From: Alphaproteobacteria bacterium
GTDB taxonomy: Bacteria > Pseudomonadota > Alphaproteobacteria > UBA8317
Reading direction: 5' to 3'
Assembly (NCBI GenBank): GCA_038131935.1
Contig: JAYPQH010000010.1
Coordinates: 21,342 to 85,341 of the forward strand
Length of the DNA: 64,000 nt
In this document: in pieces, positions 28,612-39,705 of the stretch
Layout: the number at the start of each line of letters is the position of its first letter
Position numbering within the stretch: the first letter of the stretch is position 1
The notes under the pieces: model-generated
What the model was told of the DNA's origin: nothing
The model's database searches: none
What the model saw: only the letters and a program-made list of their open reading frames with translations
Program-made: the position numbers and the translations under genes

Positions 28612-30407
28612 GCGGATTGCTCCAATTCTTCTTTCATCGTTTCTAGTTCTAACCAGCGCTCCTCACTTACCTGGAGTTGGCGCTGGGATTGTGCCAAATC
28701 ATGGCTGAGGGCTTCAAATTTATTTGGATTTTCTTGAAAAAGTGTAGGGTCTGACAGCTGCTTTTCTATTTGTGTGATCCTGTTGGCCAGATTTTCAATT
28801 TGCTCAGGCAACAAATCTAATTCTCTTTGGTCTTTGTATGACATTTTGCTTTTTGTGGGTGCAGGAATGTGGTTTTTTTCTGCGGTCGGTTTTGTACGTT
28901 GGCTTTTGGGTGCTGTGTCATCTGAGGGTTGTAAAAAGTGCCTCTGCATATCACTACCAGCTTCACGTTGCCATTTCCCTTGGCCTTTGAAAACCACTAA
29001 ACCTGTGGCCAAATGATCGACAAATTTTCTATCGTGGCTGACAAAAACAACCGTAAGTCCCATTTGCTCAATCAAATCTTCCAGTCGTTCGATTGTCTCA
29101 ATATCAAGGTCATTCGTGGGTTCATCTAATAGCAAGAAGCCTGATGGATTGAGGAGTCTTTTGGCCAACAGAACTCTTGCCCGTTCTCCGCCTGAAAGTG
29201 CTTCTACACGCAGATGATGTCTGTTTGGACGTAGGCCAAAGCCTTGCAAATAACGTTGGTAATGAAGACGTTCACCTGCTACATCAACAAATTCCGCGCC
29301 GCCGGTTACATTATCATGAACTGTAAAGTCTAAACGCAAACCTTCACGCATTTGATCTACAAGTACAGGTACGACATTGGCACCAAGTTTGATCGTTCCA
29401 TTATCTGGTGCCACATCCCCGGTAATCAGTTTCAATAGAGTTGTTTTCCCAACACCATTGGGGCCCACAATCGCCAGCCTTTCACCACGTTTTATCTCAA
29501 GATCTAATTGTTCAATAAGGAGTGTATCTCCCAATTTTTTATGAACATTATGCATACTGCATACTTTTTGACCCGTATGTAATTCGCCGCCCACAAGAAG
29601 CTCTGGTAAAATATCTTGCCTACGATCTTGGCGAACTTCACTTTTTAATGCGTGGTAGGCTTCAAGTCTTCTTACATTTCGCTTCCTTCGCGCAGTAACT
29701 CCATAACGCATCCAATCTTCCTCAGCACGAAGCTTACGTTTTCGGAGTCTAGCTTGTTCTTCTTCCTGTTTGAATTGCTCCTCTTGCACATCAAGGAATT
29801 GGCTATAACCCACATCTCGAACACGAATATCACCCCTATCTACCCAAAAAAGGCGTTCAGAGAGTTTTTCTAGAAATTGTCGGTCATGCGAAATGAGTAC
29901 AAGCGTTTCCTTTCTACTTTTTAGGTGGGCTTCGAGCCATGTAATGGCAACCAGATCAAGATGGTTTGTGGGCTCGTCTAGCAGCAGAATATCTGCATTG
30001 CGGGATAAACATAAGGCAAGTTGCGCACGTCGAATTTGCCCTCCAGAACAATCTGTAACTTGTTCCTCGCCCGTGAGTCCAAGATTATTTAGCATTGCAT
30101 TCAACCGACCAAATTCACTGTCGTCGAGTCCGACTTGCAGTGTTTCAAGTAGCGTGGCCGATTGTTTGTCTAAGATGTTCTGTTCTAAAACTGACGTTGT
30201 GAGTCCCGGTTTGATAAAAACCTCTCCCTGATCAGCTGGTATATGACCCGATAAGCATCCCATTAAGCTTGATTTACCTGAGCCATTTGGACCAACGATG
30301 GCAATTTTATCGCGAGGGTAAACATGAAGATCCGCATGGGAAAAAATCGGCCCCGTGCCACGGATTACACCAACATCACTTAAGGATATAAGGGGAGGTT
30401 GGGCCAT
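28608..30407 (-). CDS. uup: ABC-F family ATPase (Uup-like)
   Basis: Two ABC domains (GPNGSGKS, GPNGVGKT, LDEPTN twice), GVTARRKRN linker, C-terminal KMSYKDQREL coiled coil. Confidence 0.9.
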   Translation of the reverse strand: MAQPPLISLSDVGVIRGTGPIFSHADLHVYPRDKIAIVGPNGSGKSSLMGCLSGHIPADQGEVFIKPGLTTSVLEQNILDKQSATLLETLQVGLDDSEFGRLNAMLNNLGLTGEEQVTDCSGGQIRRAQLALCLSRNADILLLDEPTNHLDLVAITWLEAHLKSRKETLVLISHDRQFLEKLSERLFWVDRGDIRVRDVGYSQFLDVQEEQFKQEEEQARLRKRKLRAEEDWMRYGVTARRKRNVRRLEAYHALKSEVRQDRRQDILPELLVGGELHTGQKVCSMHNVHKKLGDTLLIEQLDLEIKRGERLAIVGPNGVGKTTLLKLITGDVAPDNGTIKLGANVVPVLVDQMREGLRLDFTVHDNVTGGAEFVDVAGERLHYQRYLQGFGLRPNRHHLRVEALSGGERARVLLAKRLLNPSGFLLLDEPTNDLDIETIERLEDLIEQMGLTVVFVSHDRKFVDHLATGLVVFKGQGKWQREAGSDMQRHFLQPSDDTAPKSQRTKPTAEKNHIPAPTKSKMSYKDQRELDLLPEQIENLANRITQIEKQLSDPTLFQENPNKFEALSHDLAQSQRQLQVSEERWLELETMKEELEQSA

Positions 30408-32035
30408 TAATTCATCACCGTTTGCTCTTTTGTCTTTCGAAAGGTTATGCTGGGCCAGTCTTGTTCAGCTTTACCCAATTCCCAGGAAGATTTGGCAAGA
30501 AATACTGGGTCGTCATTATGGTCGCGTCCCAGTCCTGCTCGATATTTTGCACAAAATTTTTCAAATTCTGAGCTATCTTCGTATTCGATCCAACGGGCAA
30601 GCACCTGACTTGTTGGTTCAAACCGAACGGGAATTTTATACTCGCGCTCCAACCTATCACGCAGCACGTCAAACTGGAGCATACCCACGACACCAACGAC
30701 ATGTTGGCCGCCTAGTTCCAGGCGAAAAATACTTGCCGCGCCCTCCTCGGCAAATTCTTGCAGAGCGCGCGCCAAATGTTTTGCCCGCAAAGGATCGTCA
30801 ACACGTGCCAATTGCATGATTTCTGGGGCAAAGCTAGGTATGTTGGTGGCATGCAATATTTCTCCCTCCGTGAGCATGTCACCAATACGTAAGGTTCCAT
30901 GGTTGGGAATACCTATAATGTCTCCAGCATAGGCTTCATCAGCAGTTGTTCTGTCTTCTGCGAGAAACAGCATAGGGGCTGACACGGTTATGGGCTTTCC
31001 AGAGCGGACATGAAACAGTTTCATGCCTCTACGAAAATGGCCCGATGTTAAGCGCACAAACGCAATTCGATCACGATGCTTAGGATCCATATTAGCTTGG
31101 ATTTTGAACACAACGCCGCCTACTTTTTGTTCCGCAGCACTAACCATGCGTTCATATGTTCCAAAACTTCCAGGCTCTGGTGCAAGGTCAACCAACGCGC
31201 GAAGAAGATCCTCAACACCAAAAGACATAAGCGCTGAACCAAAAAATACTGGTGTGAGGTGCCCTTCGAGATAGCTTTGGATATCAAGGCGGGGCAGCAG
31301 TTCACGAGCCATCTCCATATGTTCTAACGTCTCTTCTATCACATCATCTGGGACCAAGGATTTTGCCTGGGGATCTTGTAGGCTTTCTATGCGCCGCATA
31401 TCCATGCGTCGTTCTCTTGCCTCCCTGTCCATGGGCACAAAAGAACCGGTCTCTAAGTCAACAGCACCAGCAAAGCGTTGGCCGCCTCCAACAGGCCATG
31501 TCACAGGCGCAACGTCTAAAGCTAGTCTCTCTTGAATTTCATCAATGATTTCAAATGGATCACGTGCTTCTCTATCCATTTTGTTAACAAATATTATGAT
31601 GGGTATGTCGCGTAGTCGGCAAACTTCGAATAGCTTTAAGGTTTGCGCTTCGATACCTTTTGCAGCATCTATCACCATCACTGCAGAGTCTACGGCGGTC
31701 AAAGTGCGGTAGGTGTCTTCAGAAAAGTCTTCGTGGCCAGGGGTATCTAAAAGATTGATAATGCAACCATCATGAGTAAATGCCATGGCTGAGGCTGTTA
31801 CAGATATTCCTCGATCTTGTTCGATTTTCATCCAATCAGAGCGGGCGCGACGGCGCTCACCACGTGCTCGAACTTCACCCGCTTGCTGGATCGCTCCACC
31901 AAACATTAATAGCTTTTCCGTAAGTGTTGTTTTACCAGCGTCAGGGTGAGATATGATGGCGAAGGTGCGTCTTGCTTGCACCGGAGCTGGCAAATTTTGA
32001 TCGCGTTGTTTGCGCGGTAAGAGAAGCTGGTTCAT
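30407..32035 (-). CDS. prfC: Peptide chain release factor 3
   Basis: RRTFAIISHPDAGKTT, DTPGHEDFSEDTYR, FKIQANMDPKHRDR. Start placed at ATG 32035. Confidence 0.97.
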   Translation of the reverse strand: MNQLLLPRKQRDQNLPAPVQARRTFAIISHPDAGKTTLTEKLLMFGGAIQQAGEVRARGERRRARSDWMKIEQDRGISVTASAMAFTHDGCIINLLDTPGHEDFSEDTYRTLTAVDSAVMVIDAAKGIEAQTLKLFEVCRLRDIPIIIFVNKMDREARDPFEIIDEIQERLALDVAPVTWPVGGGQRFAGAVDLETGSFVPMDREARERRMDMRRIESLQDPQAKSLVPDDVIEETLEHMEMARELLPRLDIQSYLEGHLTPVFFGSALMSFGVEDLLRALVDLAPEPGSFGTYERMVSAAEQKVGGVVFKIQANMDPKHRDRIAFVRLTSGHFRRGMKLFHVRSGKPITVSAPMLFLAEDRTTADEAYAGDIIGIPNHGTLRIGDMLTEGEILHATNIPSFAPEIMQLARVDDPLRAKHLARALQEFAEEGAASIFRLELGGQHVVGVVGMLQFDVLRDRLEREYKIPVRFEPTSQVLARWIEYEDSSEFEKFCAKYRAGLGRDHNDDPVFLAKSSWELGKAEQDWPSITFRKTKEQTVMN

Positions 32036-32294
32036 ATTTTTCTCATCACTGGTTGAGGAGCTAGTGCTATGGCAGATTTTTGTACTTTTTGGCAAAGCCT
32101 CCTCGATAAGGTCTGTGTTGATTGTGAGAAGGGCTGAGATCTCACCAAGCATAGAGTGATATTTCTATCTTGCATGGAGCCGTGAATGAATTCCATTGAT
32201 GCTTCACAAGATTTAAGATGAAATGTCACACTTGCTTTTGCTGCCATGACAGGACATGTGTGCAATTGTTACCAATGGAACAGTTGAGCAGATC

Positions 32295-32720
32295 ATGTCA
32301 GATCAAAGATTGATAAGCTTCGATGAAATCGTGGAGACTTTTTCATACTTGGATAGTTGGGAAGAGCGTTACGGTTACGTCATGGAGCTAGGTGCTCAAT
32401 TGGAACCACTTGAAGAGCACCTCAAAAGAGACGAGTTCAAGGTTCGAGGCTGTGCATCACAAGTGTGGATGATTCCTTCCCTTCAGGATGGTCATGTGAC
32501 TTGGCAAGCTGATTCAGATGCACTGATTGTGAAGGGCCTTATCTATCTTCTCCTATCTTTCATCCAAGACCGTTCATCAGATGACATCACCCGTGATGCC
32601 ATCTTTAAAGCTTTTGAAAGACTAGAATTGCAAAGTCAGTTGTCTGCACAACGTGCGAATGGATTTGCCTCTATGGTTCAGCGCATTGAAACAGATATGC
32701 GCAGATTTCGATCACAATAA
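32295..32720 (+). CDS. sufE: SufE family sulfur acceptor
   Basis: WEERYGYVMELG, VRGCASQVW, DSDALIVKGL, LSAQRANGF. Confidence 0.95.
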   Translation: MSDQRLISFDEIVETFSYLDSWEERYGYVMELGAQLEPLEEHLKRDEFKVRGCASQVWMIPSLQDGHVTWQADSDALIVKGLIYLLLSFIQDRSSDDITRDAIFKAFERLELQSQLSAQRANGFASMVQRIETDMRRFRSQ

Positions 32721-32743
32721 AGCAGTTGCAACCAACGGCAATA

Positions 32744-33304
32744 TCAGGCTTTTTGCGCCAATAAAGCCTTAGCTTGGGCAATCCAGTCACCACGTTCAAT
32801 ACGATTTTGTATGTTACCTAACTGATGCTCCAATAGGATGATATCCTCTTTTGTTAATGCAGCAAGTTGTTCGATTGTGGTGATCCCACAGGCTTGTAAT
32901 TTTTCCTCTATTTTTGGCCCTATTCCAACAATATCACTAATGGAAAATGCCTGTTTTACTTGACTTTCTTGTGTATGCTGAAGCTCCATTTGGGTTTCTA
33001 TGTCTGTATTTTCAAAAATACGATCGGGTTGTTGCTCAATGGATTCCATTTGTTGCGTTATGTTTTGGGTTTCAAGATCATCTGAGATACTAGAATCCAA
33101 ATCCACAGCAACCACCGGTACCGCTTCTGTTTTGATATCGGATCCATTTCCATCAATGTTATGATTTTTAATGATGGTTGAAAAATGTACCTGGTAAGGA
33201 CTGTTTTTATTCCATTTCCAACCCGTTATAGGTTGGCCAAAAAGAGTGTATAAGCAGGAAATACCATCGGGATGAAATGTCATGATGGGGGTGAGGGCAA
33301 ACAT
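32744..33304 (-). CDS. Hypothetical protein with C-terminal helix-hairpin-helix domain
   Basis: ATG 33304 follows GGAG. Acidic linker, then IVGIGPKIEEKL...GITTIEQLAAL...RIERGDWIAQAK. Confidence 0.75.
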   Translation of the reverse strand: MFALTPIMTFHPDGISCLYTLFGQPITGWKWNKNSPYQVHFSTIIKNHNIDGNGSDIKTEAVPVVAVDLDSSISDDLETQNITQQMESIEQQPDRIFENTDIETQMELQHTQESQVKQAFSISDIVGIGPKIEEKLQACGITTIEQLAALTKEDIILLEHQLGNIQNRIERGDWIAQAKALLAQKA

Positions 33305-33354
33305 AGCTAGGATCTCCAAGACAAATGACAAAATTGCATTGTTAATATCGCACC

Positions 33355-33379
33355 TGCAAAATTATTTTGCAATGCAGCA
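33355..33379. promoter_or_regulatory. Palindrome TGCAAAAT-T-ATTTTGCA overlapping PhaR-box-like TGCAATGCAGCA
   Basis: Perfect 8-1-8 palindrome at 33355-33371 and a TGC-N3-GCAGCA element at 33368-33379, in a divergent promoter region. Confidence 0.45.
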
Positions 33380-33473
33380 TTTTTAATATGAGGCTAAGGT
33401 TGAGACGCTTTTTCGCAAGAGTGTAGGGGCATTTGCACTTGATGCTCCTTGAAGAAGATCATAGCTAGTATTC

Positions 33474-33911
33474 ATGACAAAAAAACAAAAACGCATTGCC
33501 ATTATATCTTTGTGCGGCGCCGTGCTGGTGGTGACCGTTTCCCTTGTTCTTTCCGCTGTTGAGGAAAGCCTTGTCTTTTTCGTTACACCTACAGAATTGC
33601 AAGCAAAGACGATGAAACCTGACCAGCGCATACGCATTGGTGGATTGGTACAGGAAGGCTCTGTTCGCTATATTGAGAATGAACAGGTAGAGTTTGTTAT
33701 CACAGACCAGGTGGAAGATGTCCAAACTAGGTTTCGTGGGCTGCTACCTGACTTATTCCGTGAGGGACAAGGTGTCGTTGTAGAAGGCTACATGGATAAT
33801 GGTGTTCTTGTTGCTGCTGAAGTTCTTGCGAAACATGATGAGACATATATGCCCAAGGAAGTTGCGGATTCATTGAAAGCTGCAGGAACATGGAAAGGTA
33901 ACAAACCATGA
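33474..33911 (+). CDS. ccmE: Heme chaperone CcmE
   Basis: RIGGLV, LPDLFREGQGVV, VLAKHDETYMP. Confidence 0.97.
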   Translation: MTKKQKRIAIISLCGAVLVVTVSLVLSAVEESLVFFVTPTELQAKTMKPDQRIRIGGLVQEGSVRYIENEQVEFVITDQVEDVQTRFRGLLPDLFREGQGVVVEGYMDNGVLVAAEVLAKHDETYMPKEVADSLKAAGTWKGNKP

Positions 33912-35874
33912 CCGCGGAATTAGGACATGTAGCGCTGATTGTTGCACTTTGGGTTTCGTGCATTCAGTCTATTGTTCCTTTGTGGGGGTATCACGCGGTC
34001 ATTTGCAAATGATAGCTATTGCCCAACCAACAGCTATTGTTGCTTTTTTACTCGTTGCCGCTGCGTTTTTATCCTTAACAGTGACATTTGTTACATCCGA
34101 TTTTTCTGTGCGTTTGGTCGCAGAGCATTCTCACTCCCTTAAACCTATGCTTTATAAAATTTCTGGTGTTTGGGGAAATCATGAAGGTTCTATGCTGCTC
34201 TGGATACTCATTTTAACATTTTTTAGTGCTTTGGTGAGTATCTTTGGCGGTCGAATCCCCAAAACATTTCAAGCTCGTGTCTTGGCGGTGCAAGGAATGA
34301 TTGCTGTCTCCTTTTTGTTCTATATTTTGGGGACATCCAATCCATTCTTGCGTCTCATACCTGCTCCTATTGATGGACAAGACTTGAATCCCCTTCTACA
34401 GGATCCTGGTTTGGCGTTCCACCCTCCCTTTTTGTATCTTGGGTATGTTGGGTTTTCCGTCGCGTTTTCATTTTCTGTCGCCGCATTGATGGAGGGACGT
34501 GTTGATCCTGCATGGGGTAGATGGGTTCGACCTTGGACTTTGGTGGCGTGGGTATCTCTTACGTTGGGCATCGCGCTCGGTAGTTGGTGGGCCTATTACG
34601 AGTTGGGATGGGGTGGATGGTGGTTTTGGGACCCCGTAGAAAACGCTAGTTTTTTGCCATGGTTACTTGGAACAGCTTTGCTGCATTCAGCACTTGTTGT
34701 GGAAAAGCGCGCAACCCTCAAGACATGGACGATTTTGTTGGCCATGTTAACTTTTGCCACAAGTTTGTTAGGGACATTCTTGGTAAGATCAGGTGTCCTT
34801 ACATCCGTTCATAGCTTCGCAACTGACCCAACGCGTGGGGTATTTATTTTGATATTACTCGCCATCACCGTGGGCGGGGCACTGCTGTTGTATGCATGGA
34901 GAGCTCCAAACTTGCGAAGTGATGTGGCATTCGAAGCATTAAGTCGTGAGGGCTTATTGGTGGTCAACAATCTTCTTCTTGTTGTGGGGATGTTGGTTGT
35001 TCTGCTTGGCACGTTATTTCCATTGTTTACAGAAGCTTTTGGGTACAAGGTCTCGGTAGGTGCGCCTTTTTTCAATTTAACCTTTGTACCGCTTATGGTG
35101 CCCTTATTGATGCTTTTGCCGTTGGGACCGCTTTCGTCCTGGAAAAAGGCAAATATACAGCGTGTGAGCCGGCAATTATTTGGTGCTCTGGCCTTGGCAT
35201 TGATCACGGCGTTAGGGGTTTTTATCGCTCAAGGTGGAGCTGATTGGATAGCTTATGCCGGAATTGCATTGGCAGTTTGGTTGATGGTGGGTGCCATCAT
35301 GGAACCACTGTCACGTGCGGGACTTGGCCAAGTACCAGTGAAAGTATTTGTGCGCAGATTGATAGGGTTGCCGTTGGGTCAATACGGGGCTGCTGTAGCT
35401 CACTTTGGACTCGGTGTTATGGTTGCAGGTATTGTGGGTATTTCGTGTTTTTCTAGTGAAAAAATCATTGCTATGGGGCCCAAAGATCAGCTCTCCATTG
35501 GAGGTTATACACTTAGTTTTGATGGGGTTGGTAAAGGCCAAGGTCCAAATTATGAGTTTCTGAGGGGGCGCGTCATCGTCACAAAAGATGGTAAAAATGT
35601 AGCCGATTTATTTCCCGAAAAACGGCTTTACAACGTGAAAGGTATGCAAACCACAGAGGCCGCTATCCGGTTTGATGGAATGGGTGATTTGTATCTTGCC
35701 CTAGGTGCGCGACAAGAAAATGGTAAATGGGCGTTGCGTGCCTACTATAACCCTGGGGTGGACTATATTTGGTTTGGCTGCTTTGTTATGGCGGTAGGCG
35801 GTATGTTATCTATTTTTGGATTGCGTTATCGTAGGCATGTCACTCAATCGACAAAAAGGCTGGTAGAAGCATGA
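33908..35874 (+). CDS. ccmF: Heme lyase CcmF, 1-nt deletion in G5 at 33984-33988
   Basis: MTAELGHVAL start overlaps the ccmE stop. WGNHEGS, HPPFLYLGY, WAYYELGWGGWWFWDPVENAS. Confidence 0.96.
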
Positions 35875-36320
35875 AGTATGTTGTCATACTTCTTTTGACG
35901 TTTTGGCTGCAGCCCGCTTTAGCAGTAACCCCTTCGGAACAACTTCAAGATCAAAAGTTAGAAAATCGTGCGCGCGAAATTTCTAAAGGATTGCGTTGTT
36001 TGGTATGTCAAAACCAATCAATAGATGATTCTGATGCTGGTTTGGCGAAAGATCTCAGGATATTGGTTCGTGAACGTCTTGTTGCAGGTGACTCGAACCA
36101 AGAAGTCATAAACTTTGTCGTCGAGCGCTATGGTGATTTTGTTCTTTTGTCTCCTCCACTCAAGCCCGCGACATGGCTTCTTTGGCTATCACCTATTTTA
36201 CTCTTGGCGATTGGAATTTACCTGGTGCGACATTTCTTTAAGGGGCAAAAAAAGGTTACCATTCGCTTGAGTGAAGAAGAAAAGCAACGGCTTGCGCAAT
36301 TTCTTGAAAAGGATGGATAG
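35871..36320 (+). CDS. ccmH: Cytochrome c biogenesis protein CcmH/CycL
   Basis: LRCLVCQNQSIDDSDA, RYGDFVL. Confidence 0.96.
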   Translation: MKYVVILLLTFWLQPALAVTPSEQLQDQKLENRAREISKGLRCLVCQNQSIDDSDAGLAKDLRILVRERLVAGDSNQEVINFVVERYGDFVLLSPPLKPATWLLWLSPILLLAIGIYLVRHFFKGQKKVTIRLSEEEKQRLAQFLEKDG

Positions 36321-36365
36321 CAAGGGCATATTGGGGTTCACCGATAGATTTGGCGTGAAAGACAG

Positions 36366-39194
36366 ATGCATCGTGGAATGATGAAGAGGATCTCAATGAA
36401 ATGCAAATTGAGCCTAAGAGATTTATCTCATTTGCCATTCATGAAAAGGGCAGAGAGACTCGTTCCATCCCTGGCAGATGTGTATGAAGGACGAGAAGAT
36501 CCACTCTTATTTAGACACCAATATTATGATGCGTTGATCGCTTTACAAGACCAGGATTTGGATTTCAAAACGTTAGGTCGCCACATAAGGTGCTATCGGC
36601 ACGGTTACTATGCTTGCACAGCAATCGCAGAGTTGTATGGGTTAGAGGGTATTTTGCAATCAGCACAACATTTAAGTTCTTTTGCTGATGCAACAATTGA
36701 TACGGCTCTCAAAACACAATCAAAAAATTTGATAGATAGAAAACGCCTGCCTGAACAGTTTCTAGATTTATCTTCTTCGGGTCTTATTGTTTTGGCTATG
36801 GGTAAATTAGGCGCGGAAGAATTAAATTTTTCCTCCGATGTTGACCTCATCGTCTTTTACGATCCTTATCGGGCTGATTTGGTTTCTGAGTTCCCTGATT
36901 TTCAGCGCTTTCTTATCAAGTTGGTTCAAGAGACAACACGTTTGTTGTCAGAGCTTACAGCCGAGGGCTTCGCTTACCGTGTAGATTTGCGTCTCCTGCC
37001 TGACCCAGGGGCAACAGCTGTTGTGATTTCAACAGATGCAGCTGAGCAATATTATGAAACATTAGGACAAAATTGGGAGCGTGCAGCATTTATCAGGGCT
37101 CGTCCCGCAGCAGCCGATGTAACGGCCGGGCATCAGTTTCTTACCCGCTTAAATCCCTTTGTATGGCGCCGCTCCATGGATGCATATGCTGTAGAAGACG
37201 TGAAATCCATAAAAAGACAAATTCAGGCACACTATAATTTACATGATATCTTAGTGGAAGATCATGACCTTAAACTAGGTGTTGGAGGTATTCGTGAAAT
37301 AGAATTTTTTGCTCAAACGCAGCAATTGTTGGCAGGTGGACGCATGCCATCTCTACGCGCACGTCGCACCAAAGATGCGCTCTTGGCCTTGCGTGACGAA
37401 GGTTTTATTGAAGCACTTGTTTGTAAGCAATTGATAGATAGTTACGAATCCTTGCGAAGCTGGGAACATCGGGTTCAATATGTTGATGATCGGCAGACCC
37501 ATCGGGTCCCAAAAGATGCAGATGCTTTCCAGACTTTTTGTAAATTGGCAGGCTTCACTCATGAGGACCAGGCGCGCGCAGAAATGCTGACATTGTTCCA
37601 ACTTGTGCATGGGCATTTCTCAGATTTATTCTCTGGTCATCATCTGGCTTCTTCACAGGGCAGTCTTTCTTTTACAGGCCCTGATCATGATCCTAATACC
37701 TTGGCGACGTTAGAGAAACTAGGGTATCAGGAGCCAGATCGGGTCATGATGCTGGTAAAACAATGGCATCATGGGCGTATGGGGGCCACCAGGACAGCCA
37801 AAGCGCGGGCACTGCTCACAGACCTCGCGCCAGTGATCATTGAATTATGTGCACGCCAGGATGAACCTGATGTTGTGTTGGGTCGGTTTGATCGGTTTTT
37901 GCGAGGGCTTCCCTCTGGGGTCCAGATTTTCTCTTTGTTTAACCATGAACCGCAAGTTCTCAATATGTTGATGCGCATTATGGCTGCTGCACCCAAAACC
38001 GTGTCCACGTTGATAGAAAAGCCAGCTGTTTTAGAAAGTATTCTGGATCCTGGTTTTTTCACAATTGAACCAACGTTCGCAGTGTTAAGCGAGAGATTGA
38101 AGGGGCGATTAGATTTGGCACAGCATTTTGACCAGGTGTTGGATATTGTGCGAGATTTTTGCAGGGATGAACAATTCCGTATTCAATTACAAATTCTGGA
38201 AGGCTGCTTGTCTTCGCAACAGGCCGGGATGTTTTACAGCATTTTGGCAGATGTTGTTATGTCCAGCATCTTTCCTCATGTTGAACATTACATCGCTGCG
38301 CAACATGGCCAGCATGTCGCGGGGTTTGCAGTTATTTCCCTAGGAAAATATGGCAGCATGGAAATGACCGCTCAATCTGACCTTGATTTGGTTTTTGTTT
38401 ATGGAGATCAGGACCAAGTTCTTTCCGATGATGGGCGCAAACTACCTGGAGGTGCTTATTATACCAAGCTAGGGCAACGTCTTATTGCTGCTCTGAGTGT
38501 TCCTACCGCTTCTGGGGAGCTTTATGATGTGGATCTTAGGCTTAGGCCTTCGGGTAATTCTGGTCCTTTGAGCACCTCTTTATCGAGGTTTTCGCATTAC
38601 CATCTTGAAGAATCTTGGACTTGGGAACTTATGGCCTTGCTCCGGGCGCGCGTTGTCTATGCTCAGCATGATCTACAAACGCGTATCATGGCACTTATTA
38701 AAAAAGCTCATCTCCACGCACAAAAGCGACTTAATATAACAGATGATGTCTTACAGATGAGGAAAAAATTATGGAAAGAGCGACATCCAAGAGGTGTATT
38801 TGATATCAAATACCGCACGGGAGGAATGATTGATATAGAGTTTATCCTGCAACATGCAGTTCTTTTGTCATCGCTTGAGGATTTTCACGAATATGGTGCC
38901 ACGATCCCAGCTCTTCTGGATTGGTGTGAAGAACATGCCTGCCTCGCACTGGATGACCTATCGGTGATACGCCATGCACATTTTATTCTTGCAGACTTAG
39001 AACAGTTATCATCTGTGGTGGGCGAAAAAGCACATGAGTTTTTGCTGCGCCAACCGCAAGACATGCTACTTGCACAATTTTTGAGCCGCCACGGATGGCA
39101 AAATTTATGTATGGAAGAGGCTATAAATCGCATTTGTATACCAGTTGTAGATGTGTTTGTTCGCCAAATCGGTGATTATCGTGCGGAAGATTGA
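36366..39194 (+). CDS. glnE: Glutamine synthetase adenylyltransferase, N-terminus uncertain
   Basis: MGKLGAEELNFSSDVDL, WERAAFIRAR, GGIREIEF, second NT domain LGKYG...SDLDL, VDLRLRPSG. Confidence 0.95.
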   Translation: MHRGMMKRISMKCKLSLRDLSHLPFMKRAERLVPSLADVYEGREDPLLFRHQYYDALIALQDQDLDFKTLGRHIRCYRHGYYACTAIAELYGLEGILQSAQHLSSFADATIDTALKTQSKNLIDRKRLPEQFLDLSSSGLIVLAMGKLGAEELNFSSDVDLIVFYDPYRADLVSEFPDFQRFLIKLVQETTRLLSELTAEGFAYRVDLRLLPDPGATAVVISTDAAEQYYETLGQNWERAAFIRARPAAADVTAGHQFLTRLNPFVWRRSMDAYAVEDVKSIKRQIQAHYNLHDILVEDHDLKLGVGGIREIEFFAQTQQLLAGGRMPSLRARRTKDALLALRDEGFIEALVCKQLIDSYESLRSWEHRVQYVDDRQTHRVPKDADAFQTFCKLAGFTHEDQARAEMLTLFQLVHGHFSDLFSGHHLASSQGSLSFTGPDHDPNTLATLEKLGYQEPDRVMMLVKQWHHGRMGATRTAKARALLTDLAPVIIELCARQDEPDVVLGRFDRFLRGLPSGVQIFSLFNHEPQVLNMLMRIMAAAPKTVSTLIEKPAVLESILDPGFFTIEPTFAVLSERLKGRLDLAQHFDQVLDIVRDFCRDEQFRIQLQILEGCLSSQQAGMFYSILADVVMSSIFPHVEHYIAAQHGQHVAGFAVISLGKYGSMEMTAQSDLDLVFVYGDQDQVLSDDGRKLPGGAYYTKLGQRLIAALSVPTASGELYDVDLRLRPSGNSGPLSTSLSRFSHYHLEESWTWELMALLRARVVYAQHDLQTRIMALIKKAHLHAQKRLNITDDVLQMRKKLWKERHPRGVFDIKYRTGGMIDIEFILQHAVLLSSLEDFHEYGATIPALLDWCEEHACLALDDLSVIRHAHFILADLEQLSSVVGEKAHEFLLRQPQDMLLAQFLSRHGWQNLCMEEAINRICIPVVDVFVRQIGDYRAED

Positions 39195-39270
39195 TTGCGT
39201 GGTGTTGGATATCCCAGAATATCCAAAACGGGTGTTTTAAAAGGGTGTTGTATATGAGGGGAGCAAAAAC

Positions 39271-39705
39271 ATGGGGGTCGTAGAAGGGCTATTGGTTCGT
39301 CCAAAGAGGCATGGAGAGATTTCTTTGCGGGAGTCCATCTTGGGTACGGTCGAAAAAGGTCTTCAAGGAGATTACTATCAAAAAAAAAGGCCTCGCCAGG
39401 TATCCGTTCTTTTTGCTGATCAATGGGAAGAGGCAATTGCTGACTTTGAGGAAAAACCACACTGGTGGTATCGACGCGCCAATATCCTTGTCCGTGGCAT
39501 TCTAAATCCACAGACCGTTGGGGTTAAATTGCGCTTGGGAAGCCTTATATTGGAAATTACAGGCGAATGCGACCCATGCATGCGTATGGAAGAGGTTCGC
39601 TTAGGGTTAGAGCAAAAGCTTTTGAATTGGAGAGGGGGAGTGACTGCACAGGTTGACCAACAAGGACATGTGCATATTGGTGATGCCGTTGAAATTTTGC
39701 CTTAG
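39271..39705 (+). CDS. MOSC domain protein
   Basis: GLQGD, RQVSV, RRANILV, ITGECDPCMRME, RGGV. Confidence 0.9.
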   Translation: MGVVEGLLVRPKRHGEISLRESILGTVEKGLQGDYYQKKRPRQVSVLFADQWEEAIADFEEKPHWWYRRANILVRGILNPQTVGVKLRLGSLILEITGECDPCMRMEEVRLGLEQKLLNWRGGVTAQVDQQGHVHIGDAVEILP

